From: Candidatus Marinacidobacterales bacterium
GTDB lineage: Bacteria > Acidobacteriota > Vicinamibacteria > Marinacidobacterales > DATDRI01
Direction of reading: 5' to 3'
Length of the DNA: 64,000 nucleotides
Assembly: GCA_965226495.1 (NCBI GenBank)
Contig: OZ245365.1
Span: forward strand, 1,024,001-1,088,000
The stretch's first letter is position 1. Every line of letters starts with the position of its first letter. The notes below the pieces were generated by a model. It saw only the letters and a program-made list of their open reading frames with translations. It was not told the DNA's origin and made no database searches. Shown one piece after another: positions 28,039-38,869 of this stretch. The translations under genes and the position numbers were made by a program.

Positions 28039-30291
28039 GTGCGTAACCTGATCACTCCTCTCATCGCCCTATCGCTTTCGGTACCGGCCCTAGAAGCCCA
28101 GGATCCCGCCACCGCAAAGCAAGCCGGGGTACCAGTGGGCTCGGCCGCGTTGGTGGCGGAGCCGCCGGTCATCGACGGACGTCTCAACGACGCCGCCTGG
28201 AACGAGGCGCCGATCCTTGCCAACTTCGTGCAGCGGGAGCCGCACGAGGGAGAACCGGTCTCACAGCGGACCGAGATCCGTCTGCTATATGACGACTCGG
28301 CGCTATACGTCGGCGCGTGGATGTTCGTCGACGACCCGTCCACGATTATCGTAGGGGAGACCCGTCGCGATGCGTCGCTCGAGAACACCGACGCCTTCTT
28401 GATGGTGATCGACACCTATTTGGACCGGCAGAACGCGTTCGCGTTCGGCACCACACCCGCGGGCATCGAGTACGACGGCCAGGTTACCCGCGACGGTCGG
28501 GGCGGCGGCGGGAGAGGCGGCCGTCAGCAGGGTGGGTCCGGCGGCGGATTCAACCTGAATTGGGATGGCGCCTGGGACGTCGCAACCTCCACCGACGCCG
28601 ACGGCTGGTATGCCGAGCTTCGCATCCCCTTCGATACTCTGCGCTACCGCAAAGGAGGTGAGCAGACCTGGGGTGTCAACTTTGCACGAAACATCCGCAT
28701 CCGCAATGAAGAGGCGGTATGGTCGCCAATCCCGCGAAATTTCAATCTGTACCGAGTATCGCTTGCGGGAACCCTCACCGAGTTCGAGGCGCCCCACCGG
28801 AAGATCTTCACCATAACACCTTATGTCCTCGGTGATGTTTCTCGGGACTATACGCTCGACTCTTCGGCGACGGCCGACGGTGCAATCGGCGGAGAGGCCA
28901 AGATCGGACTGACGCAGAGCCTGGCGCTGGATTTGACGATCAACACCGACTTCGCTCAGGTCGAGGTGGATGATCTACAGATCAACCTCACCCGATTCCC
29001 ATTGTTCTTTCCGGAGAAGCGGTTGTTCTTTCTCGAGAACGCGGGGTCGTTCTCAGTGGGTACGCCGCGATCCGCTGAGCTATTTTTCAGTAGGCGCATC
29101 GGCCTCTTCGAAGGCGAATCGGTTCCGATACAGGGAGGTGCCCGCTTGACCGGAAAGATGGCCGGGATGCAGGTTGCACTCTTGGCCATCCAGGCCGATT
29201 TCCTCGATGTCTTCGACGACGCAATCGGTGAGGATCTTCACGAGCCACCCAACAACTTCGGTGTGGTGCGACTGTTCCAGGAGTTCGAGAACCGCACCCG
29301 TGTCGGCGGAATCTTCGTTTCGCGAGTGAACACCGACAATTCGAGCGACTACAACCTTACCTACGCCGTCGATGGTACGTACGGAATCGGTGAGGCCGTC
29401 AATTTCACCGGCTGGGCCGCGGGGACGACGACGCCAGGGGTGGAGAGCGGACAATACGGGTTCAACTTCAACAGCGCGTACGACACTCGCGACTGGCGTC
29501 TGTCCGCGCGCTATCGGGAGATCGGAGCGGGGTTCAACCCCGAGGTCGGGTTCCTGACCCGGGAAGACTACCGCCACGTCAATGCCAGTGTCCGGCGCAA
29601 TTACCGTTTTCCGAACGTCGAATGGTTCAGGGAGATGAGGCCGCATGCTTCGTGGTCCCATTTCTGGGACCTCGAGGGGTTCACCGAGACCTACATGGTC
29701 CATATCGACAGCCACTTCGAGTTCTCGAACGGGGCCTTCTTCCAGCTCCCGGCGTTGAACTTCGTCGGCGAAGGACTCAAGGAGCCGTTCGAGATCAGAG
29801 AAGGAATCTTCATTCCACCCGGAAGGTACGATAACTTCAATTGGGGATTCCGGGCCAAGACCAACGAGAGCGCCCCGTTTTCGCTGGAGAGCAGCATCGA
29901 CGCGGGCAGCTTCTTCTCGGGTCGACGGGTCGGAACCACCACCACGCTCAACTACCGCTACCAGGATAAGTTCATCACCTCGCTGCGGGTGAGCTACTTC
30001 GACGTGAACCTGAAGGAGGGTGACTTTGCGACGTCGCTCGTGGCCCTCAAGGCATCGTACACGTTCACGCCACGGATCTTTCTTCAGGCCACGATTCAGT
30101 ACGACAACGAGAGCGAGGATGTGGGCAGCAATATCCGCTTCGGATGGCTGAACACCGCCGGCACCGGCCTGTACGTCGTGTACAACGACATCCAACACTT
30201 CGGCGTTTTCGATCGCACCGGATTCGATAGAGGCCCGAAGGGCCGGCAGCTCATCATCAAGTACACGAAGCAGTTCGACATCGGCCGCTAG
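28039..30291 (+). CDS. CBM9-like (DOMON) plus DUF5916 outer-membrane protein
   Basis: PVIDGRLNDAAW, FVQREP, LYDDSALYVG, WYAELRIPF..LRY, LDLTINTDFAQVEVD, NLTRFPLFFPEKRLFFLEN. Confidence 0.88.
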   Translation: MRNLITPLIALSLSVPALEAQDPATAKQAGVPVGSAALVAEPPVIDGRLNDAAWNEAPILANFVQREPHEGEPVSQRTEIRLLYDDSALYVGAWMFVDDPSTIIVGETRRDASLENTDAFLMVIDTYLDRQNAFAFGTTPAGIEYDGQVTRDGRGGGGRGGRQQGGSGGGFNLNWDGAWDVATSTDADGWYAELRIPFDTLRYRKGGEQTWGVNFARNIRIRNEEAVWSPIPRNFNLYRVSLAGTLTEFEAPHRKIFTITPYVLGDVSRDYTLDSSATADGAIGGEAKIGLTQSLALDLTINTDFAQVEVDDLQINLTRFPLFFPEKRLFFLENAGSFSVGTPRSAELFFSRRIGLFEGESVPIQGGARLTGKMAGMQVALLAIQADFLDVFDDAIGEDLHEPPNNFGVVRLFQEFENRTRVGGIFVSRVNTDNSSDYNLTYAVDGTYGIGEAVNFTGWAAGTTTPGVESGQYGFNFNSAYDTRDWRLSARYREIGAGFNPEVGFLTREDYRHVNASVRRNYRFPNVEWFREMRPHASWSHFWDLEGFTETYMVHIDSHFEFSNGAFFQLPALNFVGEGLKEPFEIREGIFIPPGRYDNFNWGFRAKTNESAPFSLESSIDAGSFFSGRRVGTTTTLNYRYQDKFITSLRVSYFDVNLKEGDFATSLVALKASYTFTPRIFLQATIQYDNESEDVGSNIRFGWLNTAGTGLYVVYNDIQHFGVFDRTGFDRGPKGRQLIIKYTKQFDIGR

Positions 30292-30328
30292 AACGTCAAT
30301 TTGATCGAGACCTGCGGAGGAGCGAAAG

Positions 30329-31067
30329 ATGTTTCGTAGATGGAAATGGCTCGCGGCAGCACCATTGCTTTTCTACGCGTGTCAGCTGCCGGCTCGACGC
30401 CAACGATCAGATCTATCTCGACTACACCGGCGGGGGACTCTACGCGGAGTTTCAGCTTCGGCGCCCCTGGTTCGCAGGGGGAACCATTACCGTGGCGTCG
30501 GTCCAGGCGGACCGGTACAACCTGGCGGAGGGGGAAGCCGCTTTCGAAGACGGGACGGTGAACTACCTCTCCCTTCCCGCCGTAGACATCGGGCTCCAAC
30601 ACCTGTCTTCCATCGGACTCGATACCATCCACCAACGGGTGCGTTGTCTGACGGCTTGGCTCATCGATAGCCTCGTGGCCCTGCGGCACGGAAACGGCGC
30701 CTCACCGATTCGCCTCTACGGCGCGCCGTCGACCGAATGGAGGGGTGGTACGGTCACCATGAACTTCTACCATGCCGACGGGCAGGTCATCGACCATCTC
30801 GTCATCGAGGCCGAAGCGGCCAAGGAAGGGATCTCGCTCCGCACTGGCTGCTTCTGCAATCCGGGGGCGGGGGAGACGGCGCTCGAGCTTTCGAAGCCGG
30901 AGCTGACCGCCTGCTTCGCGGAACACACCAACCTCACGCTCAACGACTTTCGCTTGTGTATCGATGGCAAGAGCACCGGAGCGGTGAGAGTGTCGACCGG
31001 GCTGGTGACGAACTTCGCCGACGTCTATCGCTTCCCTCAATTCGCCGCGAAATTCATCGAAGCGTAA
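30329..31067 (+). pseudogene. Class V aminotransferase (Moco-sulfurase-like) with a large internal deletion, preceded by an unrelated lipoprotein signal
   Basis: ARLDANDQIYLDYTGGGLYAEFQL joined directly to RRPWFAGGTI..FEDGTVNYL..ISLRTGCFCNPG..GAVRVS; PLP-lysine region absent. Confidence 0.8.
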
Positions 31068-31076
31068 ACTGCTTCC

Positions 31077-32126
31077 TCACTGAACCTTGTTCGTGAGGGT
31101 GCCAATACCCTCAATCCAGCTGACCGCGACGTCGCCCTTCTTCATGAAGACCGGAGGATTGCGACCCGCTCCCACTCCCGAGGGGCTTCCGGTGGCGATC
31201 ACGTCACCCGGCCGCAACATTAGTATGTTGGAGGCGTAGTGGACTAACTCGTAGACGTTATGCCACATGTAGGACGTATTCGAGTCCTGCATTACCTGGC
31301 CGTTCAAGGTGAACTTGATCGCTAGGTTCATCGGATCCTTAGTGAACTCCTTGGGAACGATGAAGGGACCCATGGGGGCATAGGTGTCACGTCCTTTTCC
31401 GATCAGCCAATCGGAGCCATACCGGTCATCTCCACGACCCGCTCGATCGGAGACGTCGTTCTCGATGGTGTAGCCGAAGATGTAGTCGTTGGCATCTTCG
31501 ATGCTCACGCGGCTAGCCGGGCGGCCGATAACGATGGCGAGCTCGCACTCCCAGTCCAGCTCGTCGCGCCCCGGAGCCATGCGGATGGCCTCGCCATCGG
31601 CGATGATGGCCGTTCTCGGCTTCGGGAATAAATAAGGATTGTGTCGTATGTCTCCGGGCTTCCGTTCCCAGATATACGGAATGGATTCAGGCGGCTCAGC
31701 GGTTTCGGCAGCCTCTCTCTCGGCGGGCGAAGACATTTCTTCCTGATGCGCCTTGTAGTTCTGGGCAGCGTTGAGCATGGTCTCCGGATACACGATCGGT
31801 GGCCGAATCACGAGTGACTGGAGATCGTGGACATAGACCGGCGCGTCCCCGGCTCGGGAAGCCCGATCGACCTCGTTTACGATCTGGTAAACTCGCTGCT
31901 TCAAGCCGTCGAGCTCGTAGCGTCCGATCAACTCCTTCATGTCGAGGGCCATGAAGAGTTCGTTGGCTTTCGAGAGATCGACGACCGTTGAGTCCTGAAC
32001 CACCGCACCCACGAACTGACGACCGTCGAGCTCGAAGGTACCGAGCTTGAAAGGAATCTGATCGGGAGGCGTCTGCGCGGAGAGGACTTCCGCGACTACA
32101 AACAGTGCGAGCCAAGCTCTCTTCAT
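31077..32126 (-). CDS. Fumarylacetoacetate-hydrolase family protein with signal peptide
   Basis: MKRAWLALFVVAEVLSAQ; LDWECELAIVIG, GYTIENDVSDR, GKGRDTYAPMGP, LRPGDVIATGSPSGVG. Confidence 0.9.
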   Translation of the reverse strand: MKRAWLALFVVAEVLSAQTPPDQIPFKLGTFELDGRQFVGAVVQDSTVVDLSKANELFMALDMKELIGRYELDGLKQRVYQIVNEVDRASRAGDAPVYVHDLQSLVIRPPIVYPETMLNAAQNYKAHQEEMSSPAEREAAETAEPPESIPYIWERKPGDIRHNPYLFPKPRTAIIADGEAIRMAPGRDELDWECELAIVIGRPASRVSIEDANDYIFGYTIENDVSDRAGRGDDRYGSDWLIGKGRDTYAPMGPFIVPKEFTKDPMNLAIKFTLNGQVMQDSNTSYMWHNVYELVHYASNILMLRPGDVIATGSPSGVGAGRNPPVFMKKGDVAVSWIEGIGTLTNKVQ

Positions 32127-32203
32127 TTTCGTTTCCTCACGAGACTGTCTCGAAACGGGACGGCAGTGTAACATAGGCCACCAGCAGAGGAGGTCTTGGG
32201 CCC

Positions 32204-32485
32204 GTGATTGCCAAACGTTGGGCATTCGGGCGTTCCTCGTCATTCTCGTCCTCCCGCCCGAACGGGCAGACGCGCAGAAATCAAAACAGCTCTACGAGAT
32301 CATGCGACTCATCCGCCATTAAAAAATGGATCTCATTTCTTCCCGGCGCCATGCGGGACAACAACGTCGACATGTGGATTCATATGGTGCAGAGCGGAAA
32401 CCGCGATCCTCTCGCTCTGGACCTGGGCGGGTGGTTCGAGTACAGAGTATGGGAGCGTTATGGCTATCATATTTTTACGGACCGG
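32204..32485 (+). pseudogene. N-terminal remnant of a secreted M24/Xaa-Pro aminopeptidase-like protein
   Basis: YEIMRLIRH*KMDLI / LPGAMRDNNVDMWIH...DPLALDLGG...GYHIFTDR, with a stop and frameshifts. Confidence 0.55.
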
Positions 32486-32486
32486 G

Positions 32487-32895
32487 CGCCTCTATCGAAC
32501 AGTTCGAAAGCCCCGAAAACAGGGTCAGTCTCGGCGCTGATACGGGCAAGTTTGGGCTGCGGGGTACGGAAATAGACTTTGGCCTCAACGAAACAACTGA
32601 AAGGACCCACCAATCCTATGCACAGAACCTGGTCGAGATTCTGAAAGCGGCGGGCTGCAAAGAAGACAGCATCAGCGTCGAAATTGACGGGCCAACCGGT
32701 GCCCACGCCGCATCGGCCTGTCGCATGAGCAGTTCGGACACCGACGGTGTGGTCGACGGGAACTTACGGGTACATGGTACGGATAATCTTTATGTCTGCT
32801 CGAACGCCGTCTATCCTAACGTTACTGCCACGAACCCGACGCTGACCGTGGGCGCTCTTGCGGTGCGGTTGGCGGAGCATATTGGCACCGCATGA
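32487..32895 (+). pseudogene. GMC oxidoreductase C-terminal fragment (copy 1)
   Basis: ASIEQFESPENRVSL, HAASACRM, GVVDGNLRVHGTDNLYVCSNAVYP, NPTLTVGALAVRLAEH. Confidence 0.8.
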
Positions 32896-32933
32896 GGCAG
32901 CTAGAGATCGCGTCATGAAATCCATCCTTAATA

Positions 32934-33860
32934 ATGGTGTCCGGCGTGGTCGGTGCGTTATTGGCGAGACGGCTCCTCGAAACGAAGAAGGATGGCAAGA
33001 AGAGAGCCAGAGGGGTCAGCTTCTTGAATCGCAAGACCGGCGTCACGGAATCGATGGAGGGGGACTGCGTCGCGGTTTGCAGCGGCACGGTTGAATCCAC
33101 CAAGCTCCTCCTGGCCTCCGCTAGTACGGATTGGAAGGAGGGCATTGGTAACGATTCAGGGCACCTCGGCAGGCACCTGGTAGGCCATCCGCTTGTTTAT
33201 GTCGAAGGTATCCGGCCTGGCAATCCGGAAAAAATGGCGCGGGAGCTCGGCTTCATCACGTTGGCAAGCCGGCATTTCGATACACCGGAGTACCAGAGGG
33301 AAGGCAAGATGTTGATTGCCGGGGTTGGGGGTGGCACCCTGACCTCTCTAAAAAGCGAGATATTGGGCAACACCTCGAGATCGGATATCGAGGCGAAGAT
33401 GGCGTCAGGTATTCATCTAGCCCTGGAGGCCTCGATCGAACAGTTTGAGAGCCCAGAGAACAGGGTGGGCCTCGGCGCGGACACCGACCGGTTTGGATTA
33501 CGTAGCACGGAGTTGGATTTCGGTATGAACGAAATTACCAAGAAAGCCAACCAAACCCATGCGCAGAACATGGTTGAGATTTTGAAAGCGGCAGGCTGCA
33601 AAGAGGACAGCATCAACGTCGAGTTCATCAAACCCGATGGTGCTCACGCTACCTCAACTTGTCGTATGAGCGGCTCCGACGCGGACGGTGTAGTCGACAG
33701 AGAGCTACGGGTTCACGGCACCGACAACCTGTATGTGTGCTCGAATGCCGTTTATCCCAACGTCACGGGAGTGAACCCGACGTTGACGCTAGGCGCTCTC
33801 GCGGTGCGGTTGGCGGAACACATTGATGCCGCGGCGAGAGGGGTTACGCCGGACCCATGA
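32934..33860 (+). pseudogene. GMC oxidoreductase C-terminal half (copy 2), lacking the FAD-binding N-terminus
   Basis: VCSGTVESTKLLLAS, GIGNDSGHLGRHLVGH, HATSTCRM, NPTLTLGALAVRLAEH; no GxGxxG N-terminus. Confidence 0.8.
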
Positions 33861-33870
33861 CTATGGCGGA

Positions 33871-35109
33871 CTAGTTCGGTTTGGCGACCGCCGCTTGCTC
33901 CCCGAGATGGCGAATGTAAGCCATGAGCGGCTGGTAGTGCTCGTCTTGGATGACGCCGCGCCACGTCGGCATCTTCGTCCCCGGTTTGACCGCAGATGGA
34001 TCCTCGATCCATCGCCTCAACTCTGCATCCGTAGGATACTTCGTTGATGCCTTGCGCAGGTCCGCAATGCCGAGTCCATCGTCGCCGTGACAGGCGTAGC
34101 AACCATAATGGTAGTACTGCTCCTGGCCCTCATTTCTTGCTGCTAGGCTCGGCCGCTCTCGTCGCGGTACGGCGCGGTCGATCTCGGGGACGGTTCGAAG
34201 GTAAGCGTACATGGCGCCGACCTCCGCCTCACTGAGCTCGGGCATGGGCGCCATCGGATACAGAACCGGCGTATCGTCCGGGCGGAATCCTTCGCGTACT
34301 GCGCGCACGAATTCGTCTCTCGTCCAAAGGCCAATGCCGGTGTTCTTATGCGGCGTTAGATTCGCCGAATAAACGTTCTCCCCGGTGAGGCCAATCAACC
34401 GGTTGCCGCCGCCCAGGTAGCCTGGCGTCTTTTCCGGCTCAGCCACATTCTGCGTCTTGAAGTCTTCGGAATGGCAGCCGTAGCAGTCGAGGGTCACCAA
34501 TAGATATCGGCCCAAGGCAACCTCGTCGCCAGCCGGAGGGCCCGTGACAGGCTCGTCCGGGTAGGGAAGTGGCGCGAAGACGAAACGAGTAAGGAGCTTG
34601 GTAAGAAGAGTCGGCTCGGTGACTCCCGGCGGATCGACCGCTTCCGCCGCTACCAGAGGATCGTCCGAGCGCAGGAAAGCGATGATCGACGCGAGGTCTT
34701 CATCCGACATGTGAGGCAGCTTGATCATGTATGGCGGGATGTATGAGCCGTCGCGAGTGATTCCGGTTCGAAGAAGGTAGGCGAGCTCTCCGTCCGACCA
34801 GCTACCGATTCCCTTTTCGGAGTGCCGGGTGATGTTCTTGGAAAAGATCGGGCCGAACTCCGGTGGGGCATCGGACATGTGCTTTCCAGTGACCTTCATG
34901 GTCACTGGATCCATGTGACAACCTACGCAGATCGCGGTGGCAAGTACCTTCCCTCTGGCGACTCTTTCTGGACTCGCTTCGATTCGGAGATCGAGCGCCG
35001 GCGGGTCGAAAGTGGGTGGGTGACCGAAGTGGACGAAGGCGACCAGTCCCGCGCCCACCATGAAGAGAAATGCAGCCAGTCGTCCAGTCCACCTCAGCAC
35101 TTTACTCAT
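33871..35109 (-). CDS. Membrane-anchored triheme c-type cytochrome
   Basis: Three CxxCH motifs (CVGCH, CYGCH, CYACH); NITRHSEKGIGSW and NLTPHKNTGIGLW repeats. Confidence 0.9.
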   Translation of the reverse strand: MSKVLRWTGRLAAFLFMVGAGLVAFVHFGHPPTFDPPALDLRIEASPERVARGKVLATAICVGCHMDPVTMKVTGKHMSDAPPEFGPIFSKNITRHSEKGIGSWSDGELAYLLRTGITRDGSYIPPYMIKLPHMSDEDLASIIAFLRSDDPLVAAEAVDPPGVTEPTLLTKLLTRFVFAPLPYPDEPVTGPPAGDEVALGRYLLVTLDCYGCHSEDFKTQNVAEPEKTPGYLGGGNRLIGLTGENVYSANLTPHKNTGIGLWTRDEFVRAVREGFRPDDTPVLYPMAPMPELSEAEVGAMYAYLRTVPEIDRAVPRRERPSLAARNEGQEQYYHYGCYACHGDDGLGIADLRKASTKYPTDAELRRWIEDPSAVKPGTKMPTWRGVIQDEHYQPLMAYIRHLGEQAAVAKPN

Positions 35110-35116
35110 GTCTACC

Positions 35117-36103
35117 TCAGTTCCAACTCAGCCCGCGGAGCTGCTCGACGTCGAGATTGCCACCGCTCAGAACGCAAACGACCTTGGTCCCGGCAGGGGC
35201 CTCGATCAATCCCTGGAGGAGTGCCCCGACCGGAGCCGCCGCTGCCCCCTCGGCGACCAGCTTCGTCCGGGACATCAACCAGAGCACCGCCTCGAAAATC
35301 TGGGCATCTGGTAGTGTAACGATCTCGTCCACAAACCGGGAGACCACCGACATTGTGTTCTCACCGACCGTCTTCACGCGCAGACCATCGATGATGCAAT
35401 CAACCTGGCTCAACGTGATGAGTTGGCCTGCTTCGACGCTCCGTTTCATGGCCGGTGCGCCGGACGACTCGACTCCGATCACGCGGACTTCCGGCTTGCT
35501 ACTCTTCAGTGCCATGGAAACGCCGGAGATCAAACCACCGCCGCCGATCGGGACGATCACGAGCTCCACGTCGGGAAAGTCCTCGAGGATCTCCAGCCCG
35601 ACCGTACCCTGCCCGGCAATCAAGTCCGGATCGTCGAAGGGGTGGATGTAGGTGAGGCCCCGCTCCGCGACCAGCTCGAGCGCCTTCTCGTTGGCCTCGT
35701 CCCATATGCTCCCATGGAGCACGACCTCGGCTCCGTACCCCTTGGTGGCCGCGATCTTGGAAGGAGTGGCGTTTTTCGCCATCACCACGATCGCCTTGAC
35801 GCCGTATTGCCGGGCCGCGATCGCGACCCCCTGCGAATGGTTGCCGGCCGAAGAACAAATGACGCCCCGTGTGCGCTCAGCCTCCGTGAGTAGGGCGATT
35901 TTGTGCGTCGGCCCTCGAACCTTGTACGACCCGCCCTTCTGGAACATCTCGGCCTTCAAGCGAATGTCGAATCCGGTGGCCTCGCTGAGCGAGCGAGAGG
36001 TGAGCAGCGGTGTGTGGTAAACGTGAGGTGCCACGTTCTCGCGGGCTTTGTCGAAGTCCGCGCGAGTGAGGGTGAGTTCAGCGTCTGCGTCCAGTCCTCT
36101 CAT
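35117..36103 (-). CDS. PLP-dependent threonine/serine dehydratase (no ACT domain)
   Basis: LKAEMFQKGGSYKVRG, SAGNHSQGVA, HPFDDP..IAGQGTVGLE, PIGGGGLISG, LSGGN. Confidence 0.92.
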   Translation of the reverse strand: MRGLDADAELTLTRADFDKARENVAPHVYHTPLLTSRSLSEATGFDIRLKAEMFQKGGSYKVRGPTHKIALLTEAERTRGVICSSAGNHSQGVAIAARQYGVKAIVVMAKNATPSKIAATKGYGAEVVLHGSIWDEANEKALELVAERGLTYIHPFDDPDLIAGQGTVGLEILEDFPDVELVIVPIGGGGLISGVSMALKSSKPEVRVIGVESSGAPAMKRSVEAGQLITLSQVDCIIDGLRVKTVGENTMSVVSRFVDEIVTLPDAQIFEAVLWLMSRTKLVAEGAAAAPVGALLQGLIEAPAGTKVVCVLSGGNLDVEQLRGLSWN

Positions 36104-36186
36104 GTTCCTTCTGCGCGAAAAACTCTACAACACCCGGCGAAGGTTAATCAAGAACCTGCTCCGTGTGGGCCACCGTCGCCGGTTAG

Positions 36187-36993
36187 CTGACGCGCGTCAA
36201 CCCATGGCTCGAGTCGGATATTGAGCTCGGTCAGAGTCGGGTCATTCGATGGACGAGCAGCGATGACCTCGAGATCGAAGGAATTCTTACCGTTCCGGCG
36301 GGCTACGAAGAGGACGAACGGGTGCCGCTGCTCGTGCTGATCCATGGTGACCCGCCCCAACAGTGGGGAAACGAGTTCTACTATGAATCTAACCTCTATG
36401 CCGGCCTAGGCTATGCGGTCTTGGCTCCCAATGTGAGGGGGAGCAGTGGATACGGCGATGATTTCGTAAGAGCGTTGATCGGTGATCTCGGAGGCGGTGA
36501 GTACGAGGATATCATGACCGGCGTGGATCATGTCATTGATATGGGCATCGCGGACCCGGAGCGTCTCGCAATCCGAGGCTGGAGCTGGGGCGGTGTCCTG
36601 TCGAGGTGGGCAATCACTCAGACCGATCGGTTCAAGGCTGCCTCCGTTGGCGCGGGGGTTATGAGCTTGCTCTCGGAAATGGGCCCTGGGTTCAACTGGG
36701 ATCTTACGGAATGGTACATGGAGAAGTCCCACTGGGACGACCCGGAAGCGTGGCGAAACGTGTCCTCGCTGACCTACGTTCAAAACGTGACTACGCCGAC
36801 ATTGATCTTTCATGGCGACCAGGACTGGTTCAGTAGCTACAACCAAAGCCTCATCTTCTTTACTGGCCTGCGCGACATCGGTAAGGCACCGGTTCGATTC
36901 ATCAGCTACCCGGGGCGAGGGCACGAGCGATTCGACCCCTGGGGGAGCGGGCCCGATACGTGGAAGAGATCCGTTGGATGCAAAAGTACGTGA
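36187..36993 (+). pseudogene. S9 prolyl oligopeptidase catalytic-domain fragment
   Basis: PLLVLIHGDP, PNVRGSSGYG, GWSWGG, PTLIFHGDQD, YPGRGH; preceded by an in-frame TAG; no beta-propeller; C-terminal frameshift. Confidence 0.8.
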
Positions 36994-37056
36994 ATAGTGT
37001 TGACTGGCGACCGCCGCCGAGGGATTAGCGGGGCGTGGCTAGGACTCTGGTAACCT

Positions 37057-38853
37057 TCAATCGGGTCGGGAGAAGAGATCGAAGGGAACCGGGTCGATAA
37101 CGGTACTCTGGCCAATGGCAGGGAGCTCAAACGGAACGTAGCGTCCGTCCTGGTAGCGCACCCACCTGAGAGCCTCAGCCTCGAGGACTTCTTCGAACGC
37201 GAAGTTCACTTTCTCGGGCCGACCGTCCGGGGTCACGGTTGCCACCTGGATCGAAACACCTGAGAGCCTGATTTGGTAGTCATCCGGTAGTTTGCGCGCT
37301 GGGTCGCGGTAGACGATGTCGAAGGGCGAGGCGAGCCAGCCATTCTCCGCCTCGATGGACAGCATGCGTTGGGAGATGCGGGCTACGGTTAGGGTAGTCG
37401 CTCCAGGCGCCATCAGCAGGATGCTCTCGGGGGTTGGCTTCGAATCGAACAGGCGGACGATCAACGTGTACTGCGCGTAGAAGGCATTGGGAGTGTTGAC
37501 GATGAGCAGTCTCTGGTTCTCGAGCTTGGGATCGTCTGGGAGACTTCGAGGCGCATCGGCGTAAAAGGGCTCTTGGGAAGCGACGGCCGTGTTCATCACT
37601 ATCTGGAACGGCGCCGCTATGAAGACGTGAACCACGACCAACACCCAGGCAAAGAGGCGGCGGCTGAAGCCGGGCGTTATCGAACGGTCGAAAAGCCGGA
37701 CCAGCAACATCGCGAGCAGGGCCATGGCTCCGATACCGACGAAGAACGAAAGCCGATCATGAGGGAATCCAGCCGTTATTGGAACGACCGCGAGCAGCAT
37801 TCCGAAGGCGAAAAAGCGCGCCGTCGGATCGTTTTTCAGGATGGGTCGCAAAAGCATGAAGACCAGTGTCAGGAACACGACTCCGAAGATCGAGACCGCG
37901 ATCGTTTGTTCCGGCGTCCATGAGAAGGCAAAGCTCGCCGGGGGCAGAAACCACTGGCCTAACAACAATAGCGGAGCCCGGATGAGAAACTGCGGGAACC
38001 ATTCCGTTGGTTGGCCGATGGGGTCCAGATAGAAGCCACTTCCGAAGGTTCCATACCCGCCTAACTTGTAGAAGACGAGCCAGGAGATTCCGACCACGGC
38101 GTGAGGGGCGATGCTCGCGAAGCGTGCCGAGCCGGTTTTTCGCTCCAGAAAGAGCGCGTACCCTAGCAAGTAGGGCGCGATACCGAGCCCACTCTCGCCA
38201 CCCAAAAGCGCCGCCAGGAAGGCGAGGGGGCTCAAGATGGCACCGGGAGTCCATCCGTCCCGCCGATGACGATCGTGCCACCAAAGGCTGAGCACCCCGA
38301 AGGTGGCCGCCACCATCGCGTTGCGGTTGGCGAGGAAGGCGGTTGGCATCCCATGTGCGTCGTCGAGCGCATAGAGGAGCGCGGCGAGTCCGGCCACTAG
38401 GGGAGCCACAATCAGGCGGCGGTAGAGCAGGGCGGTCGCGACGATGAGGCTCACCAGCCACGCAAGGCTGTGTAGGTGCATCCAGGCACCGCTGCTCGGC
38501 CAAAGGTGATAATCGACGACGTGCGTGAACGAAGAGAGGGGCCGCCAGAAGCGGATCCTCAGTTGGTCTTCGGCCCACCAGGGCAAGACACCCAGGTCCT
38601 TGTACGCCAAGATTTCCTCGGGCTCACCGGACAGGAAGTCGAACATACCGTTGGTCATATCCGATGAATCGGACAGGGGGCCGACTTCTAGAAAATTGGC
38701 TCGATGTACGAGATCGTCTAGGTACCAACCGGTAGGAATTGCGGGGAGGTTCAGAACGACCGCGATGCCTGCTGCGATCATTACGATTCGCGGCGATGCG
38801 ATGAACGCCGCGACGCGATCCTTGATCTGGCGCATCGACGTTATCTTTGCCAA
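37057..38853 (-). CDS. Multi-pass membrane protein (GT-C-like, uncharacterised)
   Basis: YLDD, FWRPLSS, ANRN, GES motifs with many hydrophobic helices. Confidence 0.7.
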   Translation of the reverse strand: MAKITSMRQIKDRVAAFIASPRIVMIAAGIAVVLNLPAIPTGWYLDDLVHRANFLEVGPLSDSSDMTNGMFDFLSGEPEEILAYKDLGVLPWWAEDQLRIRFWRPLSSFTHVVDYHLWPSSGAWMHLHSLAWLVSLIVATALLYRRLIVAPLVAGLAALLYALDDAHGMPTAFLANRNAMVAATFGVLSLWWHDRHRRDGWTPGAILSPLAFLAALLGGESGLGIAPYLLGYALFLERKTGSARFASIAPHAVVGISWLVFYKLGGYGTFGSGFYLDPIGQPTEWFPQFLIRAPLLLLGQWFLPPASFAFSWTPEQTIAVSIFGVVFLTLVFMLLRPILKNDPTARFFAFGMLLAVVPITAGFPHDRLSFFVGIGAMALLAMLLVRLFDRSITPGFSRRLFAWVLVVVHVFIAAPFQIVMNTAVASQEPFYADAPRSLPDDPKLENQRLLIVNTPNAFYAQYTLIVRLFDSKPTPESILLMAPGATTLTVARISQRMLSIEAENGWLASPFDIVYRDPARKLPDDYQIRLSGVSIQVATVTPDGRPEKVNFAFEEVLEAEALRWVRYQDGRYVPFELPAIGQSTVIDPVPFDLFSRPD

Positions 38854-38869
38854 TTAGTTAATTATGTAC

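Noticed and set aside
29080-30198. Long antisense ORFs (also 45021-45896, 59272-59979, 63123-63851, 18953-19693 and others)
   Set aside because: They shadow well-supported genes on the opposite strand, as expected in GC-rich DNA, and show no recognisable motifs
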